Shown: positions 16,681 through 37,848 of the stretch, piece after piece
Position numbering within the stretch: position 1 is the stretch's first letter
How the letters are laid out: each line of letters begins with the position of its first letter
Assembly (NCBI RefSeq): GCF_009914755.1
Contig: NC_060941.1
Strand: one strand, 5' to 3'
DNA length: 64,000 nt
Origin: the human T2T-CHM13v2.0 reference genome, Homo sapiens
Made by a program: the position numbers and the translations under genes
The notes under the pieces: model-generated
Seen by the model: only the letters and a program-made list of their open reading frames with translations
Databases searched by the model: none
Told to the model about the DNA's origin: nothing

Positions 16681-18084
16681 GGAAGCGGGACAAAGACCAC
16701 AGTCCCCAAGGCTCTGTTTTTCTGTTATCATTGCCTAATGGTGTGTTTCTTATGAAACTTTGAACTAGTTTTCCAAGCAGTGCAGCTTCATCCTACAGAG
16801 AAACAGTTGAAGGTGCACAAGCTGACAACCAGCGAGGTCCCTCCTGGTGGCAACACCCAGAACTAGAAGAGGATGATTTTGATTTCTTACCCAGCCCAAC
16901 CCCCAAACCTTTTCCCCAGTTCTGATGGGTGCCTCCTCTGGACCCCAAAACATGAGTATGTTTATAGCTGAAGGAGATCCAGGACCCCAGAGGCCACTTT
17001 GGCTGATGGTAGGCCTCTTGGAATCCAGCTGGGTCGTGGGGTCAGGGTTAGGTTCCCTGGGCAGGACTGGAGGAGGGACAGTCCACAGAGAGGGACACAG
17101 TGCTGAGGGCTGCCAAGTCCATGGTGGCAGAGACCAAAGCCAGGCACCAACTGTGGGCCAGGGCCCCCAGGCTGGGAGTCAGGTGGCTAGGCCTCAGGCT
17201 GCTGTGCTCAAAGCAAGAGCCCTCAGGGATGCGTGGAGATAGCTGGGCCCCAGGCCCATGCCCATGCCAGCAGTGATGGCTCCAGGCCTGTCTTGATGGG
17301 TCCAGCAAGCAGGGGTTGAATATGTATTTGGGGCCAGCTAATGGAACCAGGATTAGGAAAGAGGACCTCCACTGTGGGACAAATACTGAGTGCCCCAGGA
17401 ACTTTGCTGGGGGGGCCCTTCCTGGATTGCTGAGCAGGAGGCAGCGTGCAGAGGTGTGCAGGACTGGGTCCATACCCACGTGGGCCACCCAGGACAGGCC
17501 ATGGAACCTGAGCACGTTCTTCTCAACCCCGCTGAGCGTCAGTGTCCTCAACTGTAAAACAAGGCTTGCTGTGCCAATCTGGAGGGTCTGTTGTGAAAGT
17601 TCAGTGGGAAGACAGACCCCTAATACGTGCTAATTCCTCGCCGCCTGCTGCTGTAAGAAAATGGTGCTGAAGTTACCATTTGCATTTTTCAGTTTACCCT
17701 CGGATACTGGTGTTGCAAAATTATGTTAAAGTAAAGCCCTGCCCCAGGAACTGGAGGGCAGAGTGGAGCCGAGGCCTGGGGAGAGGGGGTGGGAGTTGGG
17801 GTAGGGGTGACGTGTTCCCTGTAGTCTTTGGCTGCTTTTGTGGCCCCCACATTCTGCCATTCACACCTCTGGAAAAGGTGGCACATGGAGAAAAGATGAG
17901 CAGGGGGTGCAGAAGAGTGGGCCTCCACCAAGGTACTCTTTTTTGTAAACCGATATTGCTTTCCTCCAAAGTCTAGAGGTTATGGGAAAGCAGAAAGAAA
18001 GACCGCGTCAGCCTATCTCAGCAAGCCTGGTGCTTCTCCTTGTTTCTTCATGGGACTTTGCAATCCTATAGGTTTTTGTTGCTT

Positions 18085-18397
18085 TGGGTTTTGTTTTTTG
18101 TTTTTTTTTTGTTTTTTTTTGTTTTTTGTTTTTTTTGTTTTTTTTGTTTTTTGAGACGGCATCTTGCTCTATCGCCCAGGCTGGAGTGCAGTGGTGCAAT
18201 CTCGGTTCACTGCAAGCTCCGCCTCCCGGGTTCATGCCATTCTCCTGCCTCAGCCTCCTGAGTAGCTGGGACTACAGGTGCCCGCCACCATGCCCAGCTA
18301 ATTTTTTTTTGTATTTTTAGTAGAGATGGGGTTTCACCATGTTAGCCAGGATGGTCTCGATCTCCTGACCTCATGATCCACCCGCCTCGGCCTCCCA
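18085..18397 (-). mobile_element. AluY-like, 5'-truncated, long (GTn) tail
   Basis: AluY diagnostics; TSD gctttgg(g/a)tttt. Confidence 0.9.
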
Positions 18398-20148
18398 ATG
18401 CTTTGGATTTTAAGCTTCTCGTGGGTGAACTCCTTTCTGCCCTCCATGGAGGTCTGGCCCCGGCTTGGTTGGCCAGAGCCTAGTGAGATGGCGGTAGCTG
18501 TGGACACAGTGGCAGCCTTGTTCATTATGCTCGCTGGGGCTGCTTGGTTGACCTGGACTCCATTCCCTACCATGGGCTTCTGCGTGTTGGCAGGGAGAGG
18601 AAGGGGGCACAATCCGAAGACCAGCCTGACGGGGCAGACGGCTTCTGGATTGTGAATGAGTCCTCTTCCTGGCTTAGGCTCCTGTAATAGCAAGGTCAAG
18701 ACCACAGCTCTGCAGATGAGGTGTCAGAGTGGGCTGGACTGGGCAGGTCCGAATTTCTCAGGCCCGGCTCTCTGCGCCCTGCTGTGTCTTAGCTGTCCCC
18801 TAGGGGTCAGTCTGAGACTGAGAAGAAGCGGGTGCCTGGATCACTACGTAGGCTTCCCAGATGCCCCCAGGGAACGCAAACCTGAGGCATGATTTGAGGA
18901 GGTGTGGGGATGACACACAGATGGGATGGCAGGCGCTCCATCCCTGTGCCATGCGTGTATGTTGGGAGGTGAAGCTTGTTTTTCGGGCACAGCCCCCTCC
19001 CCTCAGGGTGTGGACGGAGACCTCTGACTTAACCACTGGATGTGGCTCGTAATTAAAGCAGTGAATGCTTGAGTGCTGGCTGGTGGGCCAGCAGCTGCCA
19101 CCTGGCCCCTGAGAGCACCCTGCCCTTCTTGACCCCCTCCCAGGCCCCGAGAAGCCTCTAGCGTTGGGCATCAAGCAGGGGCCCCTGGGGTTGCTGTCCA
19201 GACCTCAGGCCAGTGCAAGTCTATCCCGGGCAGTTGATGCCTGGATGCACCAGTTCCTGACCTTACTGGATGTGGCTCCACCTGCGTCCCCAGAGCCCTG
19301 CGAGACCCTGGCAGAGGGAAACTTTGAGGCTTGGGAACCCCAACTGTTGAGCAGGCTGTTGAGAGAGTTTCCTGACCCAGGGAAATTTGCTTCTGGTCAA
19401 AGGGAATGTTAGGTGTGTCCTGAAGGACTCCCCAGGTTCCCTGGGTCCATGCATGGGGTCCCTGGAATCGCCCTGGGAGTCCCTCTGAGACTGTCCTGCT
19501 CAGGCTGCCCATCAGCCCCCAGTCCATATGCTATAGGGGCCCCCGTGGGGAGGGGGCATGGAGACACGTGGAGAGCCCGACACTCGGGTGCTAAAGGCAA
19601 TGGGATAGTTGCTAGGGGCCCGTGGTCACCCCTCAGCAGGCAGTAATGTGAACCCTAATCCTACAAGTGCTGTAAGGCCCTGGGCCCTGTTCATCCACCC
19701 TATGGTGGATGAAATGGAGAGGGCATCCAGCCACCTGCCCCTCCTGTGTAGCCACCACGCCAGCAAATGGTGTCAGTAGCCTCCAACCCAGAGAGTCATC
19801 CTCAGCGCCTCCTCATGCAGCTGCCTTGAGTCCTCTGTTCCCCACTCACCCCTGCCTCCCCCTTCCATCACAGCCACTGCCACCCACTGACCGGGCGTCC
19901 TCCTGTCCTCAGCCTTCCTCTCTCCACACCCCCATCCCGCTCCTGGGACCCGTCCTTACCAAGGGATGAAAACCAACATCAGCTCCTACCCACTACTCTA
20001 GCCTCATCTCTCACCATGGTGCATCTCACACCTAAAACTGGCGATACCAAACCGCTCCCCGTTTCCTGAGAAAGCCATGTTCTCTCTTGCCTCTGAGTGT
20101 TATCTTTCTCCTAGGATGTCCTCCCTCCCGCTTCCTTGTCAGGAGCTA

Positions 20149-20303
<155 letters not shown>

Positions 20304-20956
20304 ATTTTTACTTAGGTACCGCCTCCTCCAGGAAGCCTCCCTGACTCCTTCTGCCCCAGCCCAAAGGAGAAGGACCTGCACTGAGCTTCCTGGGGGCCCT
20401 TCACCCTCTACCACTGCCTGAACCTCACCCTTCATGACAGCCAGCCCCATGTCCACCCAGTGGCTTCAGGGCTCAGGCTGAGCTCCTCCTTTTCACCCCC
20501 AGGACAGCACCCACAGCAAGCATCGTTATCCATGCTCCTTGGGTGTGTCTCTAAGTATTTCTAGAACTAGGTATCTGGAAGCAGAATTGCTGTGTCAAAG
20601 GGTATGTAGATTTTGTTTTTTAACAGATACGGATGAAATTTTCTTCCACAAAGCCTGTACCATTTGTATCACCCAAGCACTATATGAGATTGCCCCTTTC
20701 CCCATGGCCTTCGCCAACCCCGGAAGCCATCCATCCACCTGCTGGTCTCCGGCCTAGCAGCCTGAGGGGAGGAAAGCCCATTGCTGCCGTCCTCTGTGCT
20801 GCCCAGCTTCCTAGGGAGGCGGACCATCTTTTTCTTATCTTCCCATACCCTCTGGATTTCTGCTTTTACGAATTAGCTATTCATATTCTTTGCCCATTTT
20901 CGATATGGTTGTTTGTCTTTTCCTTATTGATTTATAAGAAATCTCTGTATATTCTG

Positions 20957-21275
<319 letters not shown>

Positions 21276-21764
21276 AACAGGTTGAAATCTCTATATATCC
21301 TGATTATCAATCTTTATGGATTTTGCTTGTGTTTTAATCTTGTTTTAGGAGTGTTTTATTACACAGAATGTTAATTCTGATGTCATCATTTATCAACCTT
21401 TTTATGCCATTTGCATTTTGTGTATCATTTTGTGCCTTCTGTACCTCCAGGCTATAAACATATTCTCCTATATATAGTTTTCAGATACTTTTGAGAAAAA
21501 GAAGTATTTATGCTTAGCTCTTTTATCCACCTGGAGCTTATTTTTGCTTTTGGTGGGAGTAGAGATCTGGCACTCTTACTTCCTCAATATGGCCAGTACT
21601 TTGAGTTCCTAATGTTGAATAGTCCCTCTTTCTCAATTGATTTGAAATTTTATCTTTATTGTATGCTAACTTACCTTATATACGTAGGTCTCTTTCTGGA
21701 CTCTGGTCTGTTATATTGATCTGTTTGTCTACCTACTTTTAAGCCAAAACCATAGTTTCAGTTA

Positions 21765-22145
<381 letters not shown>

Positions 22146-22344
22146 CTGTTTTTTTGTTATTCTTACATATTTTCTTTTCTGGAACAGCCTTTTTGTCAAG
22201 CTCTATTGCAAATCCTGTAGGAGATCATATTTGAAATTAAATTTGTGCATTAATTGAAGGAAATTGGCTTCTTTACAATATTGCATTCTGTCATCCAGGA
22301 ATGCATATATCTTTTCATTTATTCTGGCCTTTTATGCCCTCTAG

Positions 22345-22673
<329 letters not shown>

Positions 22674-22861
22674 GAAAGTTTTATAATTTTCTTAAATAGG
22701 TTATGCACACTTTCTTCTTAGGGTGACTATATTTGGAGTTTTTGTGCTGATATGTGTAGGATCTTTTTGCTATGATATTTTATAACTGGTTACAACTGAT
22801 GTATAGGATAGGTTTTCATTTTTGGTGTTAATCTTGTCATGATAACCCTATTAAACTCTCC

Positions 22862-23229
<368 letters not shown>

Positions 23230-23301
23230 TAATTCTATATAACAAGGTAGCCATGCTGCCATTTTAAATTTTAAATGGCAACATGATATTTCATCACATG
23301 A

Positions 23302-23645
<344 letters not shown>

Positions 23646-23757
23646 AGGTGTATATATATATTTTTAACGTAATTTGGGGAATGAACAAAAGCAGTGTAAT
23701 AATCATTCTTATAGCTAAGTATTTCCCCACAGCAGCAATCGTTGCTTTAAAGTAAAT

Positions 23758-24348
<591 letters not shown>

Positions 24349-24974
24349 CTAATACTAATCTGCCAAATTCCTCTGCAGGAATCCCATCAGGATTGCGTCA
24401 GATTCCTGCTACCCTTTTGATACTGGTGTTGCTGAGTTTTCAGATCCTTTAAATTTGAGAGGCTAAAATTAGAACCCCTCTTTTGAATTATAATACAGTT
24501 TAACTTCTTAAAGTACATTTTTTGGTCACTAAGAGGGCGTTCTTCATGAATTGCCTGTCGACATTCTCCACCCTGGCTATGTTTACTTCTATTGAGTATT
24601 TTTTAAGAACCAGAAATATAACTTTTTGACATACATTAAATTTTTTCCAGCTTGTTATTTATTTTTAACTTTGTTCATGATACCAAATTTAAAAATTTTT
24701 ATAGCCAATTCATCATTCTTTTCCTTTATGGCTTCAGCCTTTGGTGTAATGCTTATAAATGCTTTCCCGCCCAAGATTGTGAAACTGTTCTGTTTTATTT
24801 TTGTGTATTTGATTTTTAATTCGTAGAATTGACTGATGTCTAGAGTGAGGTAGGGATCCAGTTTGCCTTTTTCCTGTCAGTTCCTCTTGCCCTCCCTCAC
24901 CTGGCTGGAACCAGCAGCTTCTTGCTAGGCTATGCTTACGCACGCAGTCCCCTGATGGCAAAGGAAGTGAGGTT

Positions 24975-25280
<306 letters not shown>

Positions 25281-26825
25281 AAATGGGGTTTGCTGGGAAC
25301 CCAGACCTGAGCCTGAGCCCAAATTGGCTCTTTTGCTCATATTCAGAAGGGGCTTTGCCAAACCCTTGTCTTCCTGGAAGTTTTTAAAATGATGATAACC
25401 TGTGCCTCTCTCTAGAACTTGCTGGGGAGGAGGCCTACAGCCTGAACATCTAAGCCCACCCTCGCTTCATTTCATCCATCCTGAAACAAGCATTTCTAAA
25501 ACCACTCATGACAATGGCACTTATAAGTTCTAAAAATACTTTTCCTGACAAACAGCACTGTGATTCACTGTGCTGGTGGAGGTGTGGGTGGGGTGCCATG
25601 CTCCCACTGGTGTGGTGGCAGGAGGGAGTTTCAGAGCCCAGGGAAGCAGCCTTTCTACTTATATCTGGCCCCAATATATTTTTCTATGTTTCAACACCCC
25701 CCCCACCCTTCTAAAGAGAAAAAAAAATCTACTTATCCCAAGCCTCAGAGCTTCTGTAAGATCCTCGATTTGTGTCTTTGGGAAATAACTCAACTCTGAT
25801 TAAGCCAAAGGTGGCGGGGATGGAAGCAGTGCAGATATGGAAGCCCCTTTTGTTCGTTGCCTCAGCCTGGTCTGCCCTGGACCGTGTGTCTTCTACCTCC
25901 TACCCCTGACCATCCCTACCCTAGAGACGCTAAGCTGAGCTGGCCAGCAAGTGCTACTTCCCACGGGCCACCTCCTGCCTAACCCAACCCTGACGCCCAA
26001 GTCCACATGTATCTTTAGAACCTACTCACCAAGTTAGAGCTTGACAAAACCTTGGAGAGGCTCCTTACATCCCGTCTTTTTAAAGCTGAGCAGGAGGGAA
26101 AAATTTGGGTTTTATGAACCTGTAGGACATTAACCACCTTCGTATATACCTTTCCAGTCTCATTTCAGCATCCTTTCTTTCCCTGATTACATAGACTTTG
26201 ATCCCTCCCCTTCTCCTTTGGATGAGTTATCCCTACCTGCTGCTTCCCTCATTAATGAGTCTAGTGCAGTGCATTTTTGAAACAGTAACTGTGGGAAACA
26301 CACAAACACAATCACATGAGGGCAGATGTTCTCCGAGAAAGCACGGTCGAAACCAGTGGGGACTCTGGGTTAGCAGGGCCTATGGTGCTTCATGTGTCAG
26401 AGGCTGAACTGGGATATCAGTGGAGATTCTAAACTCACCATCCAGTTTATAAACCTCTGAGGGCCCAAGCTCCTGCTGCAGATGGTGCAAGAATAAAGAG
26501 TAGATCACTTTTACTAAACAAAGACCTAGAGAGTTGACTTGGTCTCCAACTTTTTATTTTGAAAATTTTCAACCTTCAGAAAAGAGCAGAACAATGAATC
26601 CACATATATCCTTTGCTTGGATGACAGCTGTTAACATGCTGCTAAACTGAGTTTCTCTGCCCCTGTGTTTGTTGGTGGGGTGCATGTGCATACATACTAC
26701 TTTTTTTCTGGACCATTTGAAAGTTAGTTGCGGACATGACACTTCATCCTTAAATACTTGGCCATTCCTAAGAAGGACACTCTCCTATGTGACCACAATA
26801 TAGTTATGACTTGCAGGAAACTTAA

Positions 26826-27230
<405 letters not shown>

Positions 27231-28228
27231 ATCCCAATAATATTTTTATAGCTTTTATTTTTATCTCAAATCTAATACAGGATCACACAGTAGTTTAGTT
27301 GCCATGTTTCTTTAGTTTCCTTTAATCTAGAAGAGTTCCTTGGCTTTTTTTTTCTTTTCTTTCTTTCTATTTTTTTCTTTTTTTTTACTCCTAATGACAT
27401 TGACCTTTTTAAAAACTTCAGGCCACTTGCTTCGAAGAATGCCCCTCAATTTAGATTTGCCTTTATTGATTTTCTGGTCCTTTGGGGTACTGCAACTTAA
27501 ATTTAAATTAAAAATAAAATGGTGTGGCGAGGAGGGGGCCAGGAGGGGAGTTCTACTGTGTTTATTTTTCAAGTCTAAAACACATTTAAAATGCATATTG
27601 TTGGCACCCACTCAGTGGGCCTCAGTTTTCCCAGCTGAAACATGATCTAAACACCCCTTGCAGCTTCTGTCCCTTCTGGCATTTGGGGAAAAATAAATGC
27701 CTAATTGTGTGTGTGCGGCCGAGCGTCCACCCTTGGCATCTCTCAAATTGTGGGGAGGCAGCCGGCCTTGGTACTTTCTGGCTCCAGGAACACGCCATGG
27801 GCCATTGAACGTCTGTGCGATGGGTAACGTCTGTGCGATGAACACTGTACACTGGGTACAGTGTTAGGAGGTGTGGGCTCTTATACATGACCAGGCCACA
27901 TCTCCATCCTCTTTGGGCTGAGATTAGGACATTGGAGTAGGTGTATTTGTCTCCTGAGAGGGGCAATCTCAAGAGAAAACTAGAAAAGACCCCCCCCACG
28001 TCTTTGGGGGGATTATCTGAGATAATGTGGGGAAGAAATCCAAGCCCCTAAGATACACTGGACGGTGCTTCTCCGGGTACCTGTGCCCGAGGGAGATACC
28101 AGCCACTTGCTGGGACACCAGGGGGCATCTTCCTGGAGCAGCAGATTGCCTGGAAGAATTGGAGAAAACATTGTCCAACATTAAAACAAACATGGAACAT
28201 AATAAACATATTTTGAAGATAAGAAAGA

Positions 28229-28820
<592 letters not shown>

Positions 28821-28832
28821 TAAAGATAATGA

Positions 28833-29870
<1,038 letters not shown>

Positions 29871-30149
29871 GCCCTGTTTTCTTGTAATAAAGTAAATGCA
29901 GTGTTCATTTTAGTAACAAAACAGGTCTTCACTGGGAGGGAGAAATGAGGAAATTTGACCCCGCGTGGCTGAGGCCTGGAATGAGCTCCATGGGCAGGCT
30001 CCAGGAATGATGTAATTTTGCCTCCTCTCAAGGCTGGCCTCAAGGAGGCCTGATTCCAGCCCTCTTTGTCTGGGGCTGCCCTGAACCTGTAAGAATCCTT
30101 CTGACCAGATCCTCCAGACACTGCAAATTCTCACCCAGGTTGCTCAGAA

Positions 30150-30330
30150 TCCTGGAAAGAGCTCAGGTTTGAGTCAAACGGGCTGAGTGTGGGTTCTGCT
30201 TGACCACTTTCTGTGTGTCATTTGGCAAGTCGCTTCACCTCTCTGAGCCTTTTTCATTTCTGCCTATCTAAAATCAGAGTCGTCAGCCTGATTTTCAGTG
30301 TTGTGGTGAGAATGCAATGGATTAATGTTT
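30150..30330 (+). mobile_element. MIR
   Basis: ggcaagtcgcttcacctctctgagcct core. Confidence 0.7.
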
Positions 30331-30894
30331 CTAAAGGTTCCTGAGGAGACAGGTCCCCCAGTCAGTAGTACCTATGCCTGCATTCTCTGTACCACTCAGA
30401 ACCCTCAGGGGAATCATTCAGGACACAGGGGACAGAATTCCCTCCCCTTCCCATTCCCAAAGTCACCAGCCTGCCTCCACCTGCACCCACACTTTCAGCT
30501 TGCTGCTGGGATGGTGAGTGGCATGACCCTGCTCTGACACAGGCCATGCCCTCCAATCCCAGCTCCTCACCCGCACACCGCCTGAACACTGGATCCCAGC
30601 CCCTCCTGCCAACTCAAGCACTCGCCTTCACAAACAGCCCCTCACCCACAGCACCCGCACCACGCCCCTGCTGGGTCCTTTCCATTCGCTTCTGGAGCTG
30701 ACATAATAATGCCCTTCCCATGGGCAGGGAAGCACCCGCTTGACCACACATCCTGGCTTTCTTTCCTTTGGTCTATTTCCTCCAAAGACTGGTCTCAACT
30801 CCCTTTCTTGCCTCCCTTTCTCTCTGTTGCCACTCCCAATGATGTCTTGGCCCCTCTGTTCTGCTGAAACACTTCTCACAGTCACCAGGGACTT

Positions 30895-31212
<318 letters not shown>

Positions 31213-31264
31213 ACCAGGAACTTCTCACTGGCCAAATCCAAGCATCAGTTCTCTAGTCACATTT

Positions 31265-32185
<921 letters not shown>

Positions 32186-32518
32186 TGATCTGATCCAGCT
32201 CCGTCCCCTCAGCCCCAAGAATGTTTCCCCAGGCTCCCCATCTCAGTAAATGGCACCACCTCCCCTACCTGGTCACTCTGACCAAGGATCAAGTCATCCT
32301 TAATTTCTTTCCTCCTTCCACATCCAACCCATCATCACAGCCTAATGGTTTTACCTCCAAACTATGTCCCGAGCCATCCACTTCCCTCCACCTTGGAGGT
32401 TACACCCCAGTCCCAGCAGAGCCGCACCCTGTACCTGTGCCCCGATGGCCTGCATTCTCTCTTGTTTTTTGTGGTCCATATGACACCGGAGTGTTCTTTA
32501 AAACTTGTAACTCCTAGT

Positions 32519-32997
<479 letters not shown>

Positions 32998-33239
32998 TCA
33001 AACTGCCCAAGCGAGTTCTGCACAGGGCCTTTGCCTGGCTTCCCCTTCACCTAGAACCCTTGTCCCCCAAATCTTTGCACAGCTGCCCTTGTGCCCTTCA
33101 GGTTTCAGCACAAATGTCACCTCCTCAGAGAAGCCTTCCCCCACCACCCTCTCAAGAAACTCCCTCCCCACCCTGCCCCCATCACTGCCAGAGCACCCTG
33201 CTTATTTCCTTGAGTATGCACCACTGTTAGCTGCATGTT

Positions 33240-33480
33240 TTTTTAATGGCTGTGTAATAGTGATACATGTTTTTGGGATACATGTGATATTTCGATAACT
33301 GCATATGTTGTGTAATGATCAAATCAGGGTAACTGGGATATCCATTACCTCAAACCTTTGTCTTTGTGTTGGGAACATTACAATTCTTCTAGCTTTTTGA
33401 AAGATACAAGAAATTATTAACTATAATTTCCCTGCTGTACTAGCAAATACTAGAACTTATTTCTTCTCTCCAACTGTATC
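33240..33480 (-). mobile_element. L1MA/L1PB-like 3' fragment
   Basis: atgatcaaatcagggtaactgggatatccattacctcaaac. Confidence 0.7.
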
Positions 33481-34411
33481 TTGTTTGGCACAGTCTTGAT
33501 CATCTATGTGTGTCCTGTCATCCCCCACTGGCCTGTAAGCTCCGTGGGTCCAGGGCTTTGCCAGTGTCATTCACTGCTGCACAGTGCCTGGCATAGAGAG
33601 GCTGTTGGTGCAGATTTGTTGCACAAGCAGATGGATGAATCTCAGATGTGGAATGTTGACTCTTTGTCAGGGAGGGATGGGCTCCCACCTAGGAGTCTCC
33701 GAGGACCAGCTCAAAGGCTGTAAAAATCATGCCCTGCCTCAGTGCTCTGGGGGATTAGAAAGGGGGTGCCTGGATTCTCTGAGACTCTGCAGCTGGGCTC
33801 TCTCGCTTTCCTGTGCGTGTCAATCACTGATCTTAAGAAAATGCAGATTCTGGTTCACAGGCCTGGGTCTGCGTTCCTAGCCTGCTCATCAGCAATGGTG
33901 GTGCTGCTGACCTCAGATCTCTCTAGCAGCGCTTTTGTAACTTGCAGGTCCTGTGCCATCTTTCCCCCTACATGCCATGGGACCACGCGGAAAGAGCCAG
34001 AGGGGTCCCTTCATTGCCTCCTCTGCCCCTCCTCCCTCCATCCAGCAGCAAGTGTTATTTGTAGCAGTCACTGTCACCTCCGCATGTGGTGAGGCCTGCT
34101 AGGTTTCTGTCTCCACATTTCTGTTACTGTGACAGACAAGACGGATTCTCTGCCAGGAACTGTGCTCAGCCACTTGCTTCTGGCATTGCTGTTTCCTCTC
34201 TGTGCACCTCTTATTCAGGCAGACTCCTGGGGGATGTTGCCCCTGCTGGAAGTCAGGCCCAGTTCATTGCCCTAGTGTGGGATGGGGCAGCTGACCCCGC
34301 GGGGAACTGGGAGGCATTACCGAGAGGTTTCCAAGCTTTGGTTTCAGGAGTACAGGTATAGGCCTACCTGACTGGCCCTGGGGGCAAAATGTTCATTTAA
34401 ACTTGGGGAGA

Positions 34412-34722
34412 GGCTGGGCACGGTGGCTCACGCCTGTAATTCCAACACTTTGGGAGGCCAAGGTGGATGGATTGCTTGAGCCCAGGAGTTGGAGACCAGC
34501 CTAAGCAACATAGAGAGACCCCATATCTACAAAAAAATTAAAAAGTAGCCAGGCATGGTGGCGTGTGCCTGTAGTCCCAGCTACTCAGGAGGCTGAGGTG
34601 GGAGGATCACTTGAGCCTAGGAGGTTGAGGCTGCAGTGAGCTATTATATTATCACACGACTGCACTCCAGCCTGTACCATAGAGAGAGACCCTACCTCAA
34701 AAAAAAAAAAAAAAAAAAAAAA
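34412..34722 (+). mobile_element. AluJ-like
   Basis: TSD aaac(t/c)tggggaga. Confidence 0.9.
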
Positions 34723-34926
34723 ACAAACCTGGGGAGAGTTTGGGACCTTTGGAGTCCAAGAGTTCTGAGTTTGAATCCTGATGCTGTCACATACTACTTG
34801 GGCCACGCCGAACAAGGAACTTAGCCTCCCTGAGCCTCACTTTCTTCACTTGCTAGATGGAGGTTGTAACTCGTGTCTTCCTCCCAGGGTCGTTGTCAAA
34901 ATGAAACATGAAAGTGCATGGAAGTA

Positions 34927-35137
34927 GGAGGTCAAGGCAGGTGAATTACATGAGGTCAGGAGTTCGAGACCAGCCTGGCCAACATGGTGAAATGCTGTCT
35001 CTGCTAAAAATACAAAAATTAGCTGGGCGTGGTGGTGCATGCTTGTAGTCCCAACTACTAGGGAGGCTGAGGCAGGAGAATCACTTGAGCTGAGATCGCA
35101 CCACTGCACTCCAGCCTGGGCACAAGACTCGTCTCAA

Positions 35138-35170
<33 letters not shown>

Positions 35171-35172
35171 GA
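34927..35172 (+). mobile_element. 5'-truncated AluS with internal deletion, inserted in MIR
   Basis: TSD aaagtgcatggaag. Confidence 0.88.
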
Positions 35173-35418
35173 AAGTGCATGGAAGGCTCTCCGCACTGTG
35201 GAAAATACTGGCATTTCTCAACTCACAATGCATAGATTGTGAGACATATCATGGTCCATTGAATATCTTTTGACTCAGGGGTGGTGACCAGGTGCTGATA
35301 GCAAGGCCTGGGGCCCAGTCCTCCTCCCACAACCGCATCCCCCCCAGCCCCACCCACAGCCACCTGCTGCTCTAGCACTAGCTAGAAAAGTCAGCCCCTG
35401 GGCATTCTCAAGAATTGA

Positions 35419-35929
<511 letters not shown>

Positions 35930-35931
35930 TA

Positions 35932-36256
<325 letters not shown>

Positions 36257-36362
36257 CTAGGGAGGCAGTGGAGGTGCCAGGTGAACTGACGATTAGCACC
36301 ACAGTGGGAACAGGCAGGAAGAGGACTGGTCTCCAGTCTCTGGTCTCCTGTCTGAACAAGTC

Positions 36363-36885
36363 TGTAGGGGAGGAAAAACTTCTCCTCTACCCTTTTATGT
36401 TATGTCTGCAGTCTGCAAATAAAATTGAGCAAAGACAGATTAATAGAAAAAAGGCATACGAATTTTATTGTTGTTTTTAATTTTACATGCATGAAAAGCC
36501 AAAGAGATGGTCAGACCCAGGGTTTATATACAATTTTGACAAAGGAAGATAAGTTGTGGGCAAGTAACTAAACAAGGAAGAGGGGGATTTGGGCTCCTAA
36601 GGGCAGTATATTCTGGGAAGGTAGCTAGGAAATGTGTGTTAGATTGGGGGTGGTGGTTTAGATGTGTTATACAGATACATAACCTCCCCATTGGATTTAT
36701 TCTCCTTTTCATGGGACGGGAGAGGGGGGCACATTTACAAATGGAAATTTATGCCCTACTTTCAGGCACCTAAGGGGAGGGCAGAGAGCTCATCCTGTGT
36801 CTGCTGTTTCTCAGTTGCCTTCAGCTCAAAATAATCCTTATGCCAAAGTGGCGTATTGCAGGGTGGCATATTTGGATCCCCTTCA
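36363..36885 (-). mobile_element. Solo ERV1-class LTR (MER34/MER39-like)
   Basis: TG...CA termini. Minus strand begins TGAAGGGGATCCAAATATGCCACC...GGCATAAGGATTATTTTGAGCTGAAGGC. Minus-strand AATAAA at ~36464. Confidence 0.75.
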
Positions 36886-37573
36886 AGTTCCTGCCTCAGT
36901 CCCTTCCCCAGTCCTCTGCCTTGTACACATGGGTACCTCACTGTACCTACTCAAACTAGGTCTCCTTTGACCACAGGGAGTGGGTCTGCTCTGATAATGT
37001 GTTGATAATTGGTTGACTTTACAACCAATATTTCAAAACAACTGCCTTATCGAGCCCAGCCTGGGGTTTCTGTCTTGTGCTGTGACTTGCAACATTCTTG
37101 GTCAGACCCCTTCTCCTCAAGGGAAACTTTAATCTAGGCTGAAGGGGCCTCTGAGATGGGTACCAGGCAGGAGGCATGTCAGGACCCTTACCTGCTGCAG
37201 TGAATGTCAGCTTTGCCACCTTCAGGGCTGACGCTCCCAAGGCAGCTGCACTCACCCTCCGCTGAGAGTGCCATCCTGGGCTTACAGGCAGAGGCTCAGC
37301 TCTGACATGTGATATCGGAGAAAGTCAGTCATCTTCAGCATCTTCAGGTCATGTTAACCCTATTCCTTTAGATTTTCCATTATCTATCCTAATACCAAGT
37401 TCCGTGTCAGAAAGCGCTGTTTGCTCTTACCTCCTTGCAAATACGTCTTTACTGTTGTACATTTTGTTTTTATTCTCACGGCTCATTGAATATTGCTTCA
37501 ATTTCATTAGAATTGCTACAGGAAACCTTACAGCTGATTTGTCATCCTGTGTACTCTTTGATCCAATATATTC

Positions 37574-37848
37574 TTTTTTTGAGACAGGGTCTCACTGTCA
37601 CCCAGGCTGGAGTGCAGTGGCACAATCTTGGCCCAGCCTTCTAGGCTCAAGCAATCCTCCCACCTCAGCCTCCCAGGTAGCTGGGACTACACACATGCGG
37701 CACCACTCTCAGTTAACGTTTGTATTTTTTGTAGAGACGGGCTTTCACCATGTTGCCCAGGCTTGTCTCGAACTCCTGAGCTCAAGCGATCCGCCCCCCT
37801 CAGCCTCCCAAAGTGCTGGAATTACAGGCGTGGGCCACCCTGCTGGCC
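37574..37848 (-). mobile_element. AluJ-like
   Basis: Alu consensus match. Confidence 0.88.
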
